From contig NW_003314705.1 in NCBI RefSeq assembly GCF_000143415.4, forward strand, positions 1-6,093: a DNA stretch of 6,093 bases, read 5' to 3'. The notes under the pieces were generated by a model. It saw only the letters and a program-made list of their open reading frames with translations, was not told where the DNA came from and searched no databases. Both the position numbers and the translations under genes were made by a program. Shown here piece by piece: positions 1-6,055 of this stretch. Every line of letters starts with the position of its first letter. Positions within the stretch are counted from its first letter, which is position 1. Source of the stretch: Selaginella moellendorffii. Taxonomy: Eukaryota; Plantae; Lycopodiophyta.

Positions 1-58
1 AAAAAAAATCAAAACCAAAGGGCGAACTACCTAAAGTGCTTTGCTATGGTTTTGGCAG

Positions 59-1160
59 GCTCGGGTCCCTGAATCGGTTCCCTCGAATGATGACGATTGG
101 GACAAGGAGCTAGCACCGGAAGATCTCGAAGAGTTTGTACTCTCGGCTTTGTCACCAGAGGCGCTCGACAACGGGAAGCCTGACATCGAAAATGCTACTG
201 GTGCTAAAGGCGATGCAGGAGTTGTTTCGGCAAAGCCAGGCCTGGACAGGGGGCAGCAAAGTCACAGCCATAGCCAAACTGGCGTCAGCAGCTCTGAGAG
301 GATAAAAGGGAAGGCAGCAGCAGTAGAACCCGAGCTTTCCGCAGGTGCTCTGGTTCTTCAGGAGCTGGAGACGGTTGTCTCGAAGGTACGCCCCTTGCGG
401 CTTTAAAAACCATTGCACATTTTTTTCATCTATGCCCGATCCTTTTTTACAGCTCGAAAGCCGGAGCAGACTTTGCTTGAGGGACGCGTTCTACAGGCTC
501 GCAGACAATGCCACGCGAAGAACCGGAGTTCAAGCCGACGCAGCGGAACTCCAGCGCTTGTCGTGGCGCACAGCATCCTTGTCCCTGAGGTACAAACACC
601 AACCCCGTCTCTTTTCTTTTCGTTCTCTCGCATTTCCAGTTTCCTGGTACGTAACGCTCGATCGAAAACCAAACAGACAGGAGCTGTCAACTAATACGAT
701 TGATCGATCCGTCGCGAGCATGCTCTTCTGCAAGGAATCTCCCCCTCCACCTCTCCCGCTCCCGGCTCCCTCCTCGCCGCCGCCTCTTCCTCCACTTCCT
801 CCGCGGCCGCGTTCTTCTCCTGGTCGTCCTCTTCGTCCCAAATCCTCAGCTTCTTCGAGCAGTAGCATTCCAAAGAAGCAACACCAACACCATCAAGCTC
901 CGCTGGGCAACAACACCAACAAGAAGTTGTCGCTGGCCCCAGCTCACAAGCATCGTTGTGCTGGATCGACCAGCGTGCTACGAACAGCCACGACATTGCG
1001 AGCGACGCCGGCGGCGATCCCAGGAGCAGCTGCCAGGAACACCAAGAGTTTGATACTACTCCCGCCACCAGCGGCCACCAAGCGAAGATCGCCAAATGCC
1101 ACTACTACTTTTACTAGTACTAGTACTACTACGACGACTAACAAACGAGGCAAGCTCTGA
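59..1160 (+). CDS. LNK: LNK (NIGHT LIGHT-INDUCIBLE AND CLOCK-REGULATED)-family protein, 5'-partial. Exons 59-385, 453-589 and probably 677-1160; the middle intron is uncertain.
   Basis: Acceptor TTTTGGCAG|G at 57-58. The phase-0 intron 386-452 joins ORF 41..406 to ORF 345..1160, giving LQELETVVSK|LESRSRLCLRDAFYRLADNA (LNK R1-like, cf. LDxRTKLCIRDSLYRLA) followed by ELSTNTIDRSVASMLF (R2-like, cf. ETxTNPIDRSIAHLLF). Stop TGA at 1158-1160. Motifs were recognised from memory, not by a search. Confidence 0.85.
386..452 (+). other. Spliceosomal intron (67 nt, phase 0) within LNK R1 region
   Basis: AAG|GTACGC donor, T-rich interior, CCTTTTTTACAG|C acceptor. Removal restores a continuous LNK R1 motif and skips the in-frame TAA at 404-406. 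Confidence 0.88.
590..676 (+). other. Probable intron between LNK R1 and R2; 3' boundary ambiguous
   Basis: GAG|GTACAA donor at 590, pyrimidine tract about 607-637, candidate AGs at 638-639, 675-676 and 679-680. The 590-676 intron (87 nt) keeps the frame, and the unspliced frame is also open. Confidence 0.5.
1101..1140 (+). repeat. Imperfect (ACT/ACG)n trinucleotide run encoding a poly-Thr/Ser tract
   Basis: actactacttttactagtactagtactactacgacgacta encodes TTTFTSTSTTTTT at the LNK C-terminus. Confidence 0.85.
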
Positions 1161-1261
1161 GGGTGGCGAAGAAAAAAATAAAACTGCAGACCGAATTTGG
1201 GTCGCTTGACTTGGCATATTCAGTAAAGATGTTTATCGAGAATATTCTAAATGTTACGAAT

Positions 1262-2070
1262 ATGGCCTTTTTCCCCCAAAAATGTAAGTAAAAATACAGC
1301 AACCTAATGCCACTGGCCTAAGTGGCACAACCATCTTCTTCTTTTTCTTCTTCTTCTTCTTGATCACCATCACTTCACTGTTTGTTTGAAGATCTCAAAG
1401 CCGTCAGTCCAAGCGAAACGAATAGGTATCCCCGTATGTCTTCCTTTGTGGAAAGAGAGAATGTAGCATTTTTGCCACCGATTGGATCTGGAGACGCTGC
1501 TGGAGCACCAGCTTTAAAACGTCCAAATGCTGCCTCCTAGATCACTGTCGGTTCACATTATTTGGATGTCAAGCCTGAGGCACTGCTCTTGAGATCAACA
1601 AGCATCTGGTAGGCTTCTACAACAGTTTATGATTGCGAGAAGAACTGTTTGTGTTGCTCTTTGTAGGACGTATGAGATTCATTCCCTCGGGGCATATGAA
1701 AAATAAGTCTTGCCACATCATCTAACTCTTTCCTTGTCTATATTCCATCCAGACTTCAACAGCTAGAGCACCTGAAGTAGATCTTCTTGGGGACTTAGTG
1801 GCTCTTCTTTCTAGTGGCCAACACGGCCCATTCCAAACGGGAATTTCGTCGAATGGTTATGCCTTGTGTTACAAGAAAACTAGAATCTTCTATGTTCAGG
1901 ATCTCATTCACAAGGGTATGGGAAAACGGGTGCTCGAAAATCCGGACGCTTGGGCTGATGAAATAGTTTCAGAAGAGTCTTTGCTTATGGACGTCTTATT
2001 TATGACACTCCTGCTGCAGGAAAGATCTGGTCGTTTCTTTTCAGGTTGCACTGATTGCAGAACGGAATGA
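1262..2070 (+). pseudogene. Cryptic spliced gene or pseudogene of unknown family (alternatively intron-containing LNK 3' UTR)
   Basis: Donor GTAAGT at 1284 with acceptor at 1390-1391; donor GTAGGC at 1609 with TTTGTAG acceptor at 1665-1666 (58 nt); CTAAC branch point (1722-1726) plus pyrimidine tract and CAG at 1750-1752, followed by an open frame 1753-2070. One in-frame TAG at 1538-1540. Confidence 0.3.
1334..1361 (+). repeat. Imperfect (CTT)n microsatellite / pyrimidine tract
   Basis: tcttcttctttttcttcttcttcttctt, lying inside the candidate intron 1284-1391. Confidence 0.85.
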
Positions 2071-2220
2071 TGGTTTCCTTGTTGATAAGCACAGTATACA
2101 GCAAAAAGGCTATCAGTTACATTTGTTCACATAAGAAGAGTTGAAAATGTGATCTATATAAGAGTTTTAAGTTATCAAAATGACTTTAAAATAATTATGA
2201 TAAATAATTATGGTAGGCTA

Positions 2221-2375
2221 CCCCAAGTTCACAATTATCGGTGTACCAGATCGAGCAGCATTTGGTGATCCCAAGAGCTACCAAGAACACCAAGAGTTTG
2301 ATGCTACTCCCGCCAGCCGCGACAAAAGCGAAGAACGCCAAACGCCACTAAACATCTGTCACAAACAGGCAAGCT
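2221..2375 (+). repeat. Degenerate direct duplication of the LNK 3' coding region (source 937-1156)
   Basis: Collinear blocks: 2221-2261 vs 937-976; 2264-2315 (ggtgatcccaagagc---taccaagaacaccaagagtttgatgctactcccgcca) vs 1013-1067; aagcgaagaacgccaaacgccacta vs aagcgaagatcgccaaatgccacta; acaaac-aggcaagct vs acaaacgaggcaagct. Confidence 0.92.
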
Positions 2376-2507
2376 ACTCTTCCCGTTTGTGGAACCTGCC
2401 GTCTGAAATATTCAATAGAATGTTCCTTTGTTTAAATAAATGCTCTTTTTGTTTGGTATATTCTGTTTATGGAGCAAAACGAATATGCTTGAGCAGAGAT
2501 GGAGTAG

Positions 2508-5087
2508 ATGCTTTGGGAGAACTACGCGTCGGCTCTTCGATGGTGCGCCAAGACCAGGTCGCTCGCCCAGGGAAAACGAATCCATTGGGCGCTGATCGAG
2601 GAATTGGGCGACCATCCTGGCGCGCTCTTGGGGAATCTCTTGATCGGCATGTATGGGAGGTGTGGCTGCTTGGGAGAGGCTCGCGAGGCGTTTGAGAGGT
2701 TGAGCGAGAGAGATGGGTCGTCCTGGGACGCGATGCTGGGAGCGTATGCCCAGAATGGGGATGTGGGCGGTGCTAGGCGGTGCTTCGAGACAATGCCGGC
2801 GAGGTCTAGCGGCTCGTGGCGCGGTTTGCTGTGGGCATTGGCGCGCAGTGGGCGGGGAGGCGAGGCGATGGAGATGCTCAGTAGGATGGATCAGGAAGGC
2901 GTGGATATCCAGCTCGCAGCGCTCGCCGCCGCCGTGAGCGCCTGTAAGAACCTCCAGCAAGGGATCGCCATTCACGAAGAGATTGCTGCCGGCGGAGTAG
3001 AGTGTGAGGCAATTCTTGCAACAGCACTTATAAATATGTTTGTTAAGTTGCGTTGCTTGCAAAGAGCCAAGGATTTGTTTGAGAGAGTTCGCCCTTCCAG
3101 CGCAGTGGCGTGGACAATTCTCATTGTAGCAAATGCCCAAGAAGGGCATCTTGATCTAGCGCAGCACCTCTTTAGAAACATGCCAGAAAGAACCTTGATC
3201 TCATGGACAAGTATGATCACAATACTTGCAAGAGCCTCCCAAATCCACGAAAGCTGGAGCTACTTCCAAAAACTGCCAAGCCGAAGCGTAGTCTCTTGGA
3301 ACGCTATAATTGCAGCATTTACCGTAACAGGGCATCCATGTCGAGCACTAAAATGCTTTGGAGAGATGGACCTTGACGGCGTGGAGATGGATTCCATCAC
3401 CTTCGTATGCGCCATGTACGCTTGTTCCATCGTGGGCGAGTTACAAATTTGCAAAATTCTCCATGCCGGGCTCGTGGATCGCAAGATCCTGATCGAGACC
3501 GCAGTTGCCAACGCGCTGGTTTCCATGTATGCCAAATGCGGGGAAATGGCCGCCGCCCAATCGATCCTCGCGGCGATGACTTCTCACAACTCTCACAGCG
3601 GCCGCGCCCACAACACCCTCATCGCTGCATTTGCCCAGAGAGGCCAGATCGAGGAGGCACAGCGCGTCTTCGACCAAATGCCTACCACCGCCATCGACAC
3701 CGTCTCGTGGAACGCGCTCCTCGCAGCCTACACTCGCGGCGGGCGGACGATCGAGGCCGCCAGGATCTTCGACGCCATGGCGATGATCCAGTGCAACACC
3801 ATCACCTGGAACACCATGATCTCGGGCTTCCTGGACAACGATGAGCCGCATGCCGCGATCCAGGCTCTCCGGAGGATGGATCTCGAGGGCTTCCAGGCGG
3901 ATCGCGTGAGCCTGATCGCGGGAGTGTACGCGGCGGCCGGGATTGGGAGCGCCGCCGCCGGCGAGGAGCTCCTCGCTGCCGGGATGCTCGATCTCGACCG
4001 CGACTCCAGTGCCGCAGCGGGCGCGATCCATCTATATGGCCGATGCTGCAGGCTGGATCGCGCGCGGGAAATCTTCGCATCGATCGCGCGCCGCGATGCG
4101 CTGTGCTGGGACGCGATGGTGAGGAGTTTGGCGCACGCCCGGGAGCTCGGGCTCGCGCTGGCGGCGCTGGAGAGGATGCCGTACAACGACCTCTACGCGT
4201 GGAACGCGGTGGTGGCGGCGCACGCCCAGGCGGGGCTTGTACGGCAGGCGGAGGAGCTCTTCGCCGCCATGCCATACCGAAACGCAGTGTCGTGGAACAC
4301 GATGATCGCTGGCTACGCCCAAAACGGCCACCACTGCCGCGCTCTCCACCTCTTTCGATCCATGGACCTCGAGGGCGTGCCGCCCACCAAGATCTCCTTC
4401 ATCTCCTCGATCGATTCATGCGGAGAGGTGGCGGTGGCCGCGGTGGGGGCGGCGGCGGGGCCGCTCCTCCACGCCGAGATCGCTGGGAAGAGCTTCGAGT
4501 GGGACGTGGGCGTGGCCACCGCGGTGATTAGCATGTACGGCAAGCTCGGCCTCCTGGACCGCTCACTGGCGGTATTCCACGGCATGCCGCGGAGGACCGT
4601 GGTACCGTACAATGCCACCGCCGCGGCGCTGGCCGAGAATGGCCGTTCCCGCGACGCGCTGCACTTCCTCCACACGATGCTGCTCGACGCCGTGACGCCC
4701 AGCGACGTGAGCTTCCTCATCGCCATCGCGGCGTGCAGCCACGCCGGGCTGTACGAGGATGGATTGGAGCGCTCGGCTGGGATGAGCCAGGATCACGGGC
4801 TTGATCCCAGCTTCGATCACTACCTTTGTGTGGTGGATCTTTTGGGACGGGCCGGGCAGCTGGGCGACGCCGAGGAGCTGCTGTGCGTGATGCCGTACGA
4901 GCCCAACGTGGTAGCTTGGACCGCGCTGCTTGCCGCCAGCGTCAACCACTGTGACGTACACCGCGCGGTGCGTGCCGCGGGGCGGGTGCTCGAGCTCAAG
5001 CACGACCCGGCCGCCTATTCTTTGCTCTTGAACATTTGCTCTCCAAGACTGGAAACCAACTGTCAAGATAATATAGACTTTCTTTGA
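2508..5087 (+). CDS. PLS-class pentatricopeptide repeat protein, E subgroup (E1 plus truncated E2, no DYW); likely organellar C-to-U RNA-editing specificity factor
   Basis: Intronless 859-aa ORF with repeated SWN(A/T)xIxxY/AQxG, NALVSMYAKCG and MDLEG motifs. Terminal P2-L2-S2 (SFLIAIAACSHAG...HYLCVVDLLGRAG), E1 (VVAWTALL, from 4908) and an E2 start (AAYSLLLNI, from 5010). No HxE/CxxC deaminase motif or DYW end. Confidence 0.96.
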   Translation: MLWENYASALRWCAKTRSLAQGKRIHWALIEELGDHPGALLGNLLIGMYGRCGCLGEAREAFERLSERDGSSWDAMLGAYAQNGDVGGARRCFETMPARSSGSWRGLLWALARSGRGGEAMEMLSRMDQEGVDIQLAALAAAVSACKNLQQGIAIHEEIAAGGVECEAILATALINMFVKLRCLQRAKDLFERVRPSSAVAWTILIVANAQEGHLDLAQHLFRNMPERTLISWTSMITILARASQIHESWSYFQKLPSRSVVSWNAIIAAFTVTGHPCRALKCFGEMDLDGVEMDSITFVCAMYACSIVGELQICKILHAGLVDRKILIETAVANALVSMYAKCGEMAAAQSILAAMTSHNSHSGRAHNTLIAAFAQRGQIEEAQRVFDQMPTTAIDTVSWNALLAAYTRGGRTIEAARIFDAMAMIQCNTITWNTMISGFLDNDEPHAAIQALRRMDLEGFQADRVSLIAGVYAAAGIGSAAAGEELLAAGMLDLDRDSSAAAGAIHLYGRCCRLDRAREIFASIARRDALCWDAMVRSLAHARELGLALAALERMPYNDLYAWNAVVAAHAQAGLVRQAEELFAAMPYRNAVSWNTMIAGYAQNGHHCRALHLFRSMDLEGVPPTKISFISSIDSCGEVAVAAVGAAAGPLLHAEIAGKSFEWDVGVATAVISMYGKLGLLDRSLAVFHGMPRRTVVPYNATAAALAENGRSRDALHFLHTMLLDAVTPSDVSFLIAIAACSHAGLYEDGLERSAGMSQDHGLDPSFDHYLCVVDLLGRAGQLGDAEELLCVMPYEPNVVAWTALLAASVNHCDVHRAVRAAGRVLELKHDPAAYSLLLNICSPRLETNCQDNIDFL

Positions 5088-5133
5088 CTTTTCTATCGTT
5101 TGTACAGTGGAGATAGATACAAATTCTATCGCC

Positions 5134-5168
5134 ACTATTGTTTGTTTGACTATACAAACAATAGTCAA
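5134..5168. repeat. Perfect 12-bp inverted repeat with an overlapping alternative 8-bp stem
   Basis: ACTATTGTTTGT (5134-5145) pairs with ACAAACAATAGT (5154-5165). The loop TTGACTAT (5146-5153) pairs with ATAGTCAA (5161-5168). Confidence 0.85.
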
Positions 5169-5225
5169 CAATCCATCAAAGAGACTTTTCCACACAACTT
5201 GAAAAGGAGCTCTGTTCTTCGCAAT

Positions 5226-5263
5226 GCCGCCTACTCTTTTGCTCTTAAACATGTGCACTAAGA
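5226..5263 (+). repeat. Degenerate direct copy of the PPR E2-start sequence (source 5010-5048)
   Basis: gccgcctactcttttgctcttaaacatgtgcact--aaga vs gccgcctattc-tttgctcttgaacatttgctctccaaga. The offset is 216 nt and the copy carries a 1-nt frameshift (AAYS/LLNMC). Confidence 0.8.
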
Positions 5264-5315
5264 AAGCAAAAGCCTCTAGAACCCAAAACAATAGCAGCGC
5301 AATAATTCTTATTTC

Positions 5316-5326
5316 TTTATTTTATT
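5316..5326 (-). terminator. Tandem AATAAA polyadenylation-like signals of the minus-strand gene
   Basis: The + strand has TTTATT at 5316-5321 and 5321-5326, about 25-30 nt past the TGA at 5351-5349. Confidence 0.55.
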
Positions 5327-5348
5327 ATTTTAAATATAACTTTGGGAG

Positions 5349-5977
5349 TCAGTTTGCATAGAGCAGGGCAAGACCAGACCGGAGGATATAAATCACCCCA
5401 TTAAGTACAAAATAGATGCAGCTGTTAGGACGAACAATAACAATTACGTTTTGCACAATTCTGATACAGCCTTGGATGCTTACAATTATAGCTGCATCAA
5501 CTCTGATATATCTGAATGGAGACCACACAGGGAAGGCATTCCCGAAATACTTGCATATGATGATGATTATTTGCGGGCAAGGGTAGCCACCCGGCACGTA
5601 AATCACAATAATCTCAAGGATGATGATGATGGGAAGAAATATTACTTTGAGAAGGGGAACTTTAACACAAACGTCATTCAGGTTGGTTATAACTTGCTGA
5701 AGTGAGCCGTTCACTTTGTTAACCGAATCTGCTGGGACACCAATGTCCTGTTCACCTGAGACCTGCTTCAGAGAACGCATTGTACCTTTAAAATCATATG
5801 AAAAAACAATTAGTAGGCTACTAATATATATAGTGAGAGATAGATATATATACCAGAAAGATCTTCACTGAGTGAGATATCTTGCTCCGGAACAGAGACG
5901 TCCATGCCAAAAACATTTGTGGATGCTAAGAAGAGGCACAGGAGCGAGGCAACAATTGCCACATTTAACTTTGCCAT
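5349..5977 (-). CDS. Two-exon secreted prepro-protein (186 aa) of unknown family with an Ile/Val-rich, Cys-containing C-terminal domain. Exons 5977-5854 and 5785-5349.
   Basis: ATG GCA at 5977 starts a classic signal peptide MAKLNVAIVASLLCLFLASTNVFG. The phase-1 intron 5853-5786 joins it exactly in frame to ORF 5349..5780 (…EDLS|GTMRSLKQ…). 124+437 = 561 nt. A TATA-like box lies upstream and AATAAA downstream. Confidence 0.8.
5786..5853 (-). other. Spliceosomal intron (68 nt, phase 1)
   Basis: On the minus strand: CTG|GTATAT donor, CTAAT branch point (5813-5809), T-rich tract and TTTTAAAG|GT acceptor. It contains the stop of ORF 5810..6046. Confidence 0.82.
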
Positions 5978-6047
5978 TTGATTAATGCACAAATATAGGG
6001 GAAATGAACAGGAAAAGTGTGTGTTGTAAGTTTTGAAATGATACATG

Positions 6048-6055
6048 TTTAAATA
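6048..6055 (-). promoter_or_regulatory. Candidate TATA box (TATTTAAA) for the secreted-protein gene
   Basis: About 70 nt upstream of ATG 5977, followed by a C/A-rich then pyrimidine-rich leader-like stretch. Confidence 0.4.

Noticed and set aside
41-58. TTG start of ORF 41..406
   Set aside because: Lies in the intron 3' end before the CAG acceptor at 56-58; the true LNK start is upstream of the window.
866-1117. Alternative open frame in the LNK last exon (HSKEATPTPSSSAGQQHQQEVVAGPSSQ…HYYFY*)
   Set aside because: Plausible-looking, but nearby GT donors (811, 823, 826) paired with AG at 862 or 865 do not lead into this frame. Several frames are open here owing to composition.
1112-1125. 14-bp palindrome TACTAGTACTAGTA
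   Set aside because: Arises from the ACT/AGT Thr-Ser codon repeat; low complexity.
1308-1327. 7-bp hairpin TGCCACT/AGTGGCA and a minus-strand poly-Glu/Lys reading of the CTT run
   Set aside because: The stem is short enough to be chance, and I found no coherent minus-strand gene model.
2210-2695. 161-aa ORF spanning the LNK duplicate and the PPR start
   Set aside because: It reads the decayed duplicate mostly off the LNK frame, crosses AT-rich non-coding-like DNA and overlaps the PPR CDS out of frame. A uORF role cannot be excluded but is unsupported.
2412-5291. Numerous antisense and alternate-frame ORFs overlapping the PPR gene
   Set aside because: Expected by-products of very GC-rich coding DNA; Arg/Pro/Ala-rich with no recognisable motifs.
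5451-5705. Plus-strand Asp/Asn/Tyr-rich ORF (84 aa)
   Set aside because: It is the codon-aligned antisense shadow of the Ile/Val-rich exon (ATC/ATT read as GAT/AAT) and starts at TTG. The signal peptide, in-frame intron and poly(A) signals all support the minus strand.
5978-6046. Upstream in-frame ATG at 6046 extending the secreted protein
   Set aside because: It lies immediately after the candidate TATA box, probably upstream of the transcription start. ATG 5977 has good context (CAAATGGC) and directly begins the signal peptide.
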